Below are positions 1 through 10,563 of a stretch of DNA of 64,000 nucleotides, piece by piece. The stretch's first letter is position 1. Every line of letters begins with the position of its first letter. The notes beneath the pieces were generated by a model. That model saw only the letters and a list, made by a program, of their open reading frames with translations. It ran no database searches and was not told the DNA's origin. Source of the stretch: Pelomyxa schiedti (taxonomy: Eukaryota; Protista; Evosea); contig JAHLWZ010000805.1 of assembly GCA_020536535.1 (NCBI GenBank), forward strand, positions 70,071 through 134,070, in the 5' to 3' direction. The position numbers were made by a program, and so were the translations under genes.

Positions 1-1301
1 TCATCTCTACCAGTCCAAACCCAATAAACAAACACAGCTGCAGTGATAAATCCTTGATGAAGATTCAGTGAGGGAAAGTTGTTGGGGAAAAAGTCGCACC
101 AATAAGGCTGTTTTGTATCATCTTCACTAAGCTTGCAACCTGGAGACATGGAAAGCTGATACTCTGTGAAGCTACAAGAACAGCCCATGTAGCATCGAGG
201 GAGCCACCAAACCATGCTCCTGCCACTTGTTCTGACATGTGGACCAACTTGCAAAAACGACTTGACATTTATCAGCTAGCAAAGAGATGCGTTTTACACA
301 CGGTAAGAGAATCATCATAGGGATATTCCCAAGTGTGAGAATGGAGACAATGAGTGTCATATCAGACTTACTGGCTTTAACCACAGGGGATACAGCGATA
401 CACGCACTATTTCCGCAAACAGCAACACCTGCTGGTGTGAATAATGCATTAGACCTGACACCACATACCGCAAGACATGCACATGCTCAGATGTGGTGCA
501 ACAGGACGGAAAAAGGGAAGTCTGGATACAATCCAAGTAAAGGAAAGAACCACTAGCGTCACGGGCCAGCTAACAACAATCCCTAAAAGTGATGAGTGCC
601 ACACCAATAGCAGTGTAATGTACCTGGCAAACCCAACCGTAATAATGACTGAAAGTGAACGGCCATGAGAACAAGCCCACACTGATATGAATTAAAGAGG
701 GAGCACAGGCTCTTGCAACAAGACCTTGATAAAGAACTCTGCTTTCAGTGAAACCATTCTCAAAAAGGGTGGAAGACGATCTCCCAACAAATTAGCAATC
801 ACAATTCCGCATAGTAGTGACCACACTGTGCAATCCAGCCCAAACCTGTGTTAGGAATGGAACATAATTAACCACAACAAGGAAAATCAGTGAGAAAAAT
901 AATAAAAAAATAAAAATAAAGGAAGCGAACGTGTAAAAGCCACTCCAAGTTCCCAATATAGCACAACAAGTAGCCAAAGTAAAAACCACCACAAGCCCAA
1001 AAGAATAAGTCCTCAGGGTCTTGGCTTCCGCGTCTTCGCCTTGGACCTTAGCGGAGACGTGCCGGGCCAACGTCAAGCTGCCGACTATGAAGCCGCCCAC
1101 GCAAAGCACCCCCACCACACTTATGGGTGCCAGTAGCCACGCGCCCAGGTTCTGAAGCGTGGACCACTGCGGGGGCGTCAGCCACACCCCCTGCAGCGCA
1201 CTTATGGGAGCGACGGCGGCCACCAACGTGATCAAAGCCCACGCCGTGAGTCCAATGTAGCACGGCATCCATTCTTCAGTCAAAAGAGTCTTCCACTTCA
1301 T
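1..1301 (-). CDS. YeiH/UPF0324 family (putative sulfate exporter) multi-pass membrane protein; spliced, 3' end runs off the window
   Basis: Exons translate to AGVAVCGNSACIAVSPVVKASKSDMTLIVSILTLGNIPMMILLP and EQVAGAWFGGSLDATWAVLVA...VASLVKMIQNSLIG, matching the family's G-x-x-(I/V)CG-x-SA and GAWxGG...VKxxxNxLIG motifs. The N-terminal exon starts MKWKTLLTEEW (ATG at 1301) and has several hydrophobic helices. Confidence 0.75.
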
Positions 1302-1387
1302 GTCTCTGGGCAACAGCGGCACAATGTGTGTCAATTTGCAATCACGCTGCGGGAATGAAATGTGCTGTTTGATTTTTTTTTCCTTGT

Positions 1388-2236
1388 TCAAAGGTGTTCA
1401 TCGTACAATTGAAATTGCAACTGTTCCTGGGTTATGGGCTCAGGTGGAGGTGGAGTTGCGTGTTGTTTTGCTGAAAGAACATAGGCCTCTATGTAGTGAA
1501 GTGTCAGGACAAGTGCCCACAGGACAAGCAAAAGCAGAAGAGAGTAGAAGAACAAAAGTGGAGTTGTGGAGGTGGTCAGGAACTGGTATGGGAACCCATG
1601 GCTGTGATACATGTACCAAAGCATTACAACGACCAAGTAGCCTATTACCAGAATGACCTATGTATAGTTAGCATTATGCTCGTGTGTTTATTGTGCAAAG
1701 AATTGGGGAGAACACCAGAGTCACAGAATCAGCAAATACAGACCCTGTTTCTGCAGTCTTATGCCAAACATAAATCCCAAACTCTGCAACCACCAAAACA
1801 GGACATAGTAGATGTTGTAAAAGGTTCTTCCATACAATCAATGAGCCACTCCAAACGCTCTCTGGATCCATCACAGTCAACCCCTGGGAAGAAGGTTCAC
1901 AATGAGAAGCTAAGAGAAATAACTTTACCCAAAAAGCAATCATTATGAAAATATTGAAGGCAGTTGCCAGCCTGAGCATACTCTCCTCGACCCTCATTTC
2001 TCCCACAATTTTGTGTGGCAATATGCTCCTGCCCACTAGTACAACAACCGCCATGACATTAGCCCATGTTGTCCTTTTGGAAAAGTGACCAAATCTCACG
2101 TTGAAACCCAAGAGACACACAAAAACTGGATCTCAATTCCATCAATTGCCAGCACGATAACCGCGCCAATTGCTCCCATCATTCTCACTATCATCCACCA
2201 CTGTGCTCGACCAGTGTGAAAGCGCCAAAACGCCAT
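1388..2236 (-). CDS. FAR-17a/AIG1/ADTRP-like membrane protein (putative Thr hydrolase)
   Basis: Multi-TM exons contain TTWAN (candidate catalytic Thr), NLLQHLLCP (candidate catalytic His) and HGFPYQFL (the G-x-PY-x-FL motif). The start codon is approximate. Confidence 0.6.
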
Positions 2237-2570
2237 TGCTTTTTAGAGAGAACAGGGAGGAAGGAGATCCAGAGGGTTTAATAAGGTTGGAGGCAAGTAG
2301 TGTCTAGAAGATGACATAATTGACAGCTACCAAAGTGCTTTTCGCCACCTCGCTGCCAACCAATTGTGTGAATAAAATAATCACCAGACCGGAAGGCACT
2401 TAAACTACATTCGTTCAGGATCGACGGTGTTTATTTTGTGCACCCACGGTTTTTCTGTTTTGTTGTTGTGGTCCAAACCAGAAACAAAAAACCAATCATC
2501 AAAAATCCAGGGACTTGTTTTCCGCAAATTGTGGTTGGTGAAAGTTGAAGTTGCTTGCATTGCTTGCTAT

Positions 2571-5494
2571 TTACTCTATTCCTTGCATGCGGTTGGATTC
2601 TGCAGACTGGCGCTTCTCCAGTACCAGTTGTAGTGATTTTCGTGTTTGCAAAAATGTGCTTTCTATGACACAGGCCTCTGATTCCAGGAAGGCCGTGCAG
2701 GCTGTGAGCTCTTCTCTGTTTGGCTCTGTGTGGCTGTCACAAAAGTGCAGAGCCTGACACACCATGCTGATTGGTAGGGTTGGGTTGTATGACTTGCATA
2801 GGATGAGGAGAGTTTGTGATCGCATGTGTGGTATCATTTGGTTCATGAGGTATTTCCCGTGGTTGGGCACGGTACCTAAAAGCCTGGGGGTGGAGTTCAT
2901 TTAGATGACTAGTAAATTAAGTGATAGAATGCACCCAAAGTACCTAAAAAACAGGCAGTAGTCATTCAGATTAACAGCTGAGACAACGGACAGTGCGTGA
3001 ACAACAGCGGGGGCTGACATCAACTGAGGTGAAAGGTCGGCTATAACCTTGGTCATATCTGTGTATCACTAAGTCAAGGATATAAGGAATGTAAGGCAAA
3101 CCAGTGGAGGATCTTCTTGAAGCGGTGAAGAGAACTCGGTAAGCAGCGAACTCCGCTTCATGCTGGCAATGACTAGCATGGACTTGATAGAGGTCAACAA
3201 GTTGCATCTGACACTGGTTGAACTCTCCCCAGTCATTCTGTGGGTGAAAAAAGTTAGATGACTTTTCTTTGCTCTTTGCTACTAACATTTTTCATGGCCA
3301 GTCTTGCATGAAGTTCATATACTTTGACGGTGAATACATTTTGAATATGTTGGACCATCAAGTCCTGTCTGATGCACTTCAGTTGCTCACATATGTAGGT
3401 GTAGTCAGGTGTGGAATGTGCGGGTGTTGCTGTAGATGCTGTTGTGTGGGCAGCGGCTGTTGTGGCAGCACTCCGAAGTTTTTGGAGAATCATTTTAAAG
3501 GATTGCTTGAGAACTCCCTCTGGTCGCACAGATGCGGGGTCAATGTCCTGTAAAGAAATTCACAACTTGTACTTGACATATTACATTATTTTCCAGTTTT
3601 ATTATTAGTTAGGAGGGGGGAGGATATGTGGAGTGTAACTGAAGTTGTTCTCAGGTACTGTTTTTCTAAAGACTGTGATGTCCCAACAACCACAGGTGCC
3701 TCAGTTACATCATCAAACCCTACCACACCACTGGAACTACCACCCCACCCACTTCTATCAATTTGAATTGATGGATGTTTGTCGATATAGAAGCCATTGA
3801 ATCTGTCTTTGATCTTTGAGGCTGTTGTTGTTGGTGAATTCTCGGGGTCTGGGTCATCAAAGCCAAACCTCAATTTTCTTTTTTTTCGGCGCTCGGTTTC
3901 TTCTGGTGTTTCCCTAAGTTGGCTTAGAAAAAAAATCTCCTCTGTTGCTGTGAGGCTTACCATTTTTTCTTTTTCGGTTTATCAATTTTATCTTGTTTGG
4001 CCAGCTTCTGAAAGGGTTTCATCCCTTTTCTGCTGAGAAAAGTTTCAATCTTGCTAGGGGAAGGTGATGGCGAAGATGGAGTTGAAGTGGCGGCATCCTG
4101 GGAATCAGTTGATTTGGTGCTCCCCGCTTTCCTACACATTCTTAGTAACCTTTTCCTCAATAAGAATGGTACACACAGTGTAGGTGTAGGCTCTTTGTCC
4201 CAATCGCGGGTCCACATGATTTTTTTTGTCAGAGCATCGGTAATAATGTGTTTGAGCTGAATTTCTGTTTCATTTCGTTGTTCATCAGTAGAACAGGCCT
4301 GTTCCAAAGTTAGGAGAATATGGGGAGGCCTGCAGCCAACCTGGAAACAACGTTCAACGAAAGCACGAAGTTTTGGAGGGAAGTGTTGTGAATCTTCCTT
4401 GCTTTCAGTATTTGCTGGTTTTTCTTTTTCTTTGTCTTTGTCTGGCTTAATCTTTGGTGTTATTGCCACCCTCATCCTGAAGCCCTTTAATAGTAAGGAA
4501 AGGCATAAACAAGAAAAAAAAGTCAGATACTCACGCAGCCTTGTGTTTTTGCTCAAGTAGCTGTAGTTGGATGGGTGTTAGCTGTGTGTTAGGTTGCTGT
4601 AAAACCATCCTAATTGTTTGTTGAGAGAATACATAAGCAAAAGGTGAACCCATACTGGTAATATGGCGAACTTCCGTATGCCCTGATAGAAAAAATAAGA
4701 ACTAGGGGTTTGTGTTTGGGAAAAAAGAAGAGGGACCTACTGGTAATAATACGCTTGGAGGGATGCTGTGGCTTGCGCTGGAAACTGTTGTGATCGAGAT
4801 GCCTGAGATACATCAGGTGTTGCAGGTTGTGTAACTATTGCAGGTGCGGCAGGAGAAGTATTAGGAAGAGTACTTGGGGAAGGTGTTGTCACATTCTGCG
4901 CGGCGTTGGTAGGTGTAGTTACTGCAGGCGTAGGAGTGGTGGTTTCGCCGCCGGGGGGTGTTTCAGCCGGGGTACCCGTCGAAGCGGCCGGCGTAGGTGA
5001 TGGCGTGGATGATGTGTGCGTGGTACTAGTACTACTACTAGCCGTAGTCGCTTGCTGCGCAGCAGCCCCCCTGCACATACACAGACAAAAGAAATTAGAA
5101 AGGTAATATACATGAATAGTGACGAGAGAACCAAGGCCAGCCGACCATGGGCTGCTGCTGCTGCGAAACCGCGGCCGCCTGCTGCCCATAGTACCAATTA
5201 TAGTACGCCGCGTACTGCTGCTGTTGCTGCTGCTGATACTGCAGTTGCTGCTGGTACTGCGCCGCCATCGCGGCCGTCGCGGGGCTCGCCGTGGGCGACT
5301 GGGCCGGCGAGAGAGGCGCCGCCGTGCTCGTGGCAGGAGATGTCGCAGCCGCAGTCGCCGGCGCCGCTGCGGGGGTCACTCCCTGCACCATTGGTCTCTG
5401 TTGCTGTTGCTGCTGTTGTGCGTAGGCTGCCCAGTACATGTTTTGTTGTTGCTGTTGAAACTGTTGCTGTTGTTGTTGTAGCTGGAGCTGCTGT

Positions 5495-5526
<32 letters not shown>

Positions 5527-5667
5527 TTGCTGTTGTTGTTGTTGGAGCTGTTGGGCGAAACCGTACCGAGAGGTGGTGGTGCCTATCGTGAAAGAAACAC
5601 GGGTGGGTGGTGGTGGTTGCTGCGCGACGGGTGCCGCGGCAGCCGAAGTTGTCGCCACAGGTTGCAT
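2571..5667 (-). CDS. SAC3/GANP/THP3 (LENG8-like) PCI-domain protein with a Q/T/P-rich N-terminus
   Basis: Spliced exons give [76 protein letters not shown] and [16 protein letters not shown], which are diagnostic SAC3/GANP motifs. Confidence 0.85.
5443..5545 (-). repeat. CAG/CAA trinucleotide tract encoding poly-glutamine
   Basis: An imperfect (CTG/TTG)n run on the + strand encodes a long Q tract in ORF 5095..5670. Confidence 0.9.
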
Positions 5668-5779
5668 CACTTTGTATTGTATGTTTTGTTTTTTTTTCTT
5701 TTCTTTTCTTTCTTTTTCTTCTGATCTACAAGTAGATCAGCGGTTCTTTGGACCGACCGTACTCGTGGGCGCAGAGTAC

Positions 5780-6663
5780 ATGGTAAGGGTGGCACTTGCA
5801 GGTTCTGGCAGTGTCCGAGACTGCAAGGATGTAGATCCTGTTGATCACAATAACGAAAAAGGCAGGACCAAAGAAAAAAACGGTACAGGCTTTAAAAGCG
5901 ACACCATCAGAAATGCGTCACTTGCATATGTTGGGGACAGTTGTTGGGAGGGATGTTGATGTAAACGTAGTAGTAGCGAAGACTCTGTGACGTAGGAACA
6001 ACAGTGTTATGGCAATTAACATTACTGAATCGTTGATCAAGTATCAACGTTCTTGCAATGAGAGATCCAGCTAACAATTTACAGGTATTTATGACATGTC
6101 CTTTCTTTCTTTTTTTTTTATGATGAAGGACATGGAATACAGGAGTTGGGATATAACTGTAGTTTCATCCAGTGTTTCTAAGGTCTAAACGTGCAGTTCC
6201 CATTGGCAATGTACTAACAAATCTTTAGAATCCCCGATTTTTTCCCTTCTCAACTGTACCCCTCCAGCCAGCATTGTCCTGTGGCAAATACGTACACATT
6301 TTATTGGCAAACCTGGATTTATGGTACCCGTACTCCATAACTGGCGCCAAATGGGAGGTTCTTGTCACTACACAGTGTTGTGGGAGGTAGAGAGACTGCC
6401 CTCTACTGCACCACTTGACAAAACACTGACGTTAGATAGTCAGTGTTTTAGTGTGTAGGCTTCAGGGAATGTAAGCAGTGATGGAAAGACTTTTGTTGTG
6501 TAAACGAATTTAAGAAATGCCCAGTTGTGGGCTTACCCCCTCCTCACACACCCTCTCTCACTCTCAACACTTGATGGAAGAAAACAAAGACCCAGCGTTG
6601 CAACACCAAGTTTTTTCCCCAATCAAAAACTTTTTTAGTCTGTTCATGAACCCCAGCTTCTGA
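5780..6663 (+). CDS. Unresolved small spliced gene, hypothetical protein
   Basis: Plus-strand GT-AG introns with a pyrimidine tract or CTAAC branch point occur near 6087-6128 and 6182-6228. An open spliced frame can be built from ATG 5780 to TGA 6663, but no family is recognised and alternative models exist. Confidence 0.3.
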
Positions 6664-6805
6664 GCCCTGCCCCTTCCTTCTTGAGAGGAGTTGTAGCGAG
6701 GGTGTGGTGAAGTGCTGGCGCTGCTGCCAGTGATCCACCCACAATCACATGCGTGCAACCACCCTCCTCCGTGGTTTTGCGATAAAGTAGCCAAAAACAA
6801 TATTT

Positions 6806-9800
6806 TTAACAGGCTTCTGCATCGGTACAGACACCAGAACAGTACTGAACAACGTAGCCAGTCTCAAGAAACCGGGTGACTTGTTGTTGTCCAGCTGGTT
6901 CCCTGTGTTTTGGTAAGAATCGCACCAGCTCACTATTATTTGTAGTAGTAGTAGTAGTTCTTGTTTTTTATCTTAAGAAACTTTCGTCTACTATTTACAC
7001 CATGTGAGGAGGAACTAGGACATACTGTTGTGGGCACATATGCACCATAGGGGCATCCTTATCCGCTGGAGCACTGACATCTGGCAGAGCCGGGACATCC
7101 TCATACTTCCATTCCACCATCCAGACACCATTGTCCGGGGGAGGACAACAAGTGGGACGGGCCTCAGCCAACGGCCACACATCCCGATAAGCCGGATATA
7201 TCAGGGTTGCATTGAGGGAACGGGCGTAGAAGTGGGTTGCATGGTTGCAGACAACTGGGTCATCAATGGCGGCTGAGGGAGTGAGGGAGGAAGGATGGAA
7301 GGAAGACGGGTTGTAATGGGATGGATAATGCGTGTTGTAAGTGTGGAGAAAGTTTACCTTGAATGAGGATAGGCTTATCCAGAGTATTCAGCCATCCTCC
7401 AACTTCGCCAGCATCCCAAATGATCTGGAGAGCATTAGCACTAAAAGAAAAAAACGTGAGAGAACCTGAAACACACTAAGCATAAGGCGTATGTCCCGTT
7501 GATCATAAAACAAGAAATTGATCATTATGGTATTGAAAATTTTGAACATTGAACTTCTTGGCAGTATAAGAGCAAATGGGGACCCTGCTACATTCGTAAT
7601 TCCATGGTCCAACATGTCAGAAAGGGCAATATATGCTCCCCCAAGAATTCCACCTTCAGAATTTCCTTGAAAAGGTGTTAAAGTTTTGTGGAATTGGAAG
7701 AGTAAACCATAAAACCCAAATGCTGTTGGGTCAATTAAGGATTCCTCTGACACCTAATACCCAAACCCTAAACAATGCGTAAAGCTACATATTGAAGCAT
7801 ACTTGCAGTTCAGGTTCCCGAAGCATCTATATAATGTAAAGAAAAAAGGTATGGGGAAGATGCAGAATTGTGCAAACCTGATTTGTCATTAAATGGGTCA
7901 TGAGGTTGGCATTTATAAAGGCTTGTTGTGTGCATTCAACAATGGAAACAAAATTGTCGGGATCGTTGAAGAGTATGTTCGAAAATACTAATAGATCAAG
8001 TCTTGAGAACCCATACCAGTCAACTGCATATGTTATCCACTGATTTCTGATGTCGGTGGGCATGTTTATCAGTAGCAAAAGAAATACTTGTAAGCAAGAT
8101 CTCTAATCCAAGACGCCTGAATTTCCGATCGATCCACTATTAGATGTTAGTACAATAAATTGAAAAAGGAGTATACTTAGCATGCTGTGGCCATATTGCA
8201 TGATAAAGGATGGAGAAGGATTAAGAAGAATACTGCAAGGCACTTCAATAAGGAATTGCACTTTTAGAGTTTCCCCTAGTGTCTGAATTGTCTGCTCACC
8301 AGGTCTGGAAATTAATCTTCCTCCACGATTTTTGGTAACAAACTTTGGTGCCTCAAAGAAACCTTTGGATAACCAGTTAACATTCAGTGCCTTGAAAGTG
8401 GATGTAGACCCCATATAGATTTTCCAATGTTTGACACGTTCGATTTGCACTCAGAGTTGTCGACACGTTCGATCGTGTATTGAAGAGAAGAATACAATGT
8501 TGCAGACTCTTGCAGCATTAGTTTTGCTCTTCCAAGACTATAGTCCTCACTGATCTATACTGGTGTTAGGGTTTCCAGCATCACTCAAGGCTATTATCGT
8601 ACTGTTACAAAGTCCCAGGCAAGGAGTACTTCGTCGTCTGTCCACCCATCATCGTGCAAGAAAGCGAGAACCTGTGAATTCAGGTACTCCCACTCATCCC
8701 CAGTTTGATTTGTCATCACAGAATTGAAATGGGGGGATCTCAGAATTTGCTCACCAGAATTAGAAATCAGGCCGCGAATCCCCATCACATACCTGGAGTT
8801 TTTTATTTATTGTATGGTGCTAAAAGAGTGGACACCTTGTTCCATGACTAAGGGCTTGTGCAGGTTGAATGATAAGTAGCGGATGCTCCTCATCCATTCC
8901 ATCAAGTTCAACCCAATGTGCAACTCTCTTTCGAGTTGTTGTGTCTATGAGTACAGTTGTAGCATTGGGGTCAGTGTAATTCTCTGGATTTGCAGCTGTG
9001 ATTGTCCCATTTGTGGATACATCTTCAAAGAAGCAAAGCAGAGGACCAGTGGTGGAAAATCCATCCATCTCGTTGAAAACATCAACCCCGATATGACTGA
9101 AGTGGAGTGCCTTGAGCAACGGAGTTGATTTTTCACCCAATGCAAGTTTCCATCCACTAGGTGTAGTGTTGTCAAGTTTCATGTAAAATGTTGATGGAAA
9201 CGGGAGCATGCAGACCCCAGGATCATTTTCATTGCATGTTGCGTAACAGTCAGGGTCTTGGTCCGAACATTTCCCGTGATCAGTGAACATCCCAATGACT
9301 GGCCCAGCAGTCACAATGATGACTGTACATACTAAAGCCACAGCAAAAAGTATAAAAATAACAATCACACAGCAGTGTAGCCGGGAGTAGGTTTTACAAC
9401 ACTTGTGTCTACACTTCTGGCAACGAGTAGTTTCTTTATTGTGATCGGGTTCCTCAAGGTGAATTTTGGAAAGAGTGCAAGAAAACGCACATGCCACAAT
9501 GCACATGGTTATTGCAACAAACTGAACAACAGCAGCAAAGATGTTGACAGAAAAGGAAGCAATGCAAACTGCATGGAACTCTTTCCAGTCTTCACATACT
9601 TGGCCATCGGGCTCCTCTGCGAACCACACAGATATGCCCATGGAGATGATAGCAAAAGCAGAAGACAGTAGTATATCAAACAATCCCCAAATTGCTGAAA
9701 CTGCTACAGTGCAAGGTGATACATGAGGAGATAAGAAAACAGGGGACTTTGGAGCATTGTCATCCATATCATAGCTAGCATCATTTGCCCCAGGAAATTC

Positions 9801-10139
9801 CTCAGCCAGTCTCTGGAATCCAGCATTTTTGGAATTTGCCCTTTTCAGTCGCTGCCTTTTCTCGATCTCCTTCTCGGAATCCCCCGGCTGCCTTTGGGTG
9901 ACACGGGTGGGACTAGATGTGGCCAGAGCGACGCTCCCATTGACAGTCATTGAGATTACACCCAAAAATCCAGGTATACATGCGACCCACACACGGCCCG
10001 TGACGAACCAAGTTATGAAAGCCACAAGAAGGCCTCGACTGAGACCCACAATTGAGGCGATGGTGTGCATTATCGTGTTGACTGCAAATACCGGACCCAG
10101 TTTCATCCGGCTCTTTCTGTTTGGTTTCCCCACCCCCAA
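6806..10139 (-). CDS. Membrane-anchored alpha/beta-hydrolase (bacterial secreted lipase-like) with an N-terminal multi-TM region
   Basis: Motifs: CMLPFPSTFY...FNEMDGFS...RVAHWVELD...LAWDFVT, QYGH, nucleophile elbow GNSEGG (7652-7666), NVAGSPFALILPRS, candidate Asp (AAIDDPVV) and His (MVHMCP). The last exon is EPAGQQQVTRFLETGYVVQYCSGVCTDAEAC*. Confidence 0.75.
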
Positions 10140-10563
10140 AGCATCGTGTTTCCAGTTATTCGGCGCCGAGAGGACGAAAAAAAAAAATAAAAGTGAAGAA
10201 CAAAGTATGGGAGGAATTACGTGGCGCCATTGGGAAGAAGTGGGAAGTCGACATCGTCAGAGGCGGAAGGAGATGCCTTCATCAGTGTGTCGTTCTAGTT
10301 TGTTTTGGGGAATACTGTTTTTCATAATAATTTTGGTCCTTCGTCGAAGATCTCACTGCAGAAGCACTTCTGATTTCGAAATCCCAGACCACGGGGGTTG
10401 GAGTACGCACATCTGTACGTTGAGGATTGTCCCTGGGCATTGTTGCAACCGCAGTACCTTTTTTCCGGAAACAACCTGCAGGATCCATTAGTTGAAAATC
10501 TCGTTGTCCTCCATTGAACACCCAACAAAAAGAAAAAATAAGTAACCAAAAAAACCATCTTCA

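Noticed and set aside
3070-3084. Minus-strand ATATCCTTGAC resembling a U12 donor or branch site in the SAC3 gene
   Set aside because: It lies at the 3' end of a short intron whose donor is GTTTGC, with the branch-like motif only 4 nt from the AG; this fits an ordinary U2 intron.
5905-5955. SLAYVGDSCWE, resembling the Mini-III ribonuclease signature
   Set aside because: A stop follows within a few codons, and no splice path yields the remaining RNase III residues.
8433-8473. 12-bp direct repeat GACACGTTCGAT x2, suggesting a target-site duplication or an odd GT-AC intron
   Set aside because: The minus-strand frame reads through it (TIERVDNSECKSNVSNIGKSIW-G-FFEAP) using a normal downstream GT-AG intron, so no insertion is needed.
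10257-10284. Minus-strand TGATGA-AGGC-loop-GCCT-CTGA (box C/D-like, reminiscent of the U3 3' end) with nearby small palindromes
   Set aside because: No convincing U3 box A/A' or terminal stem was found, and the region can equally be a spliced 5' leader or small ORF of kinase 1. It is worth a cmsearch but is unsupported as a feature.
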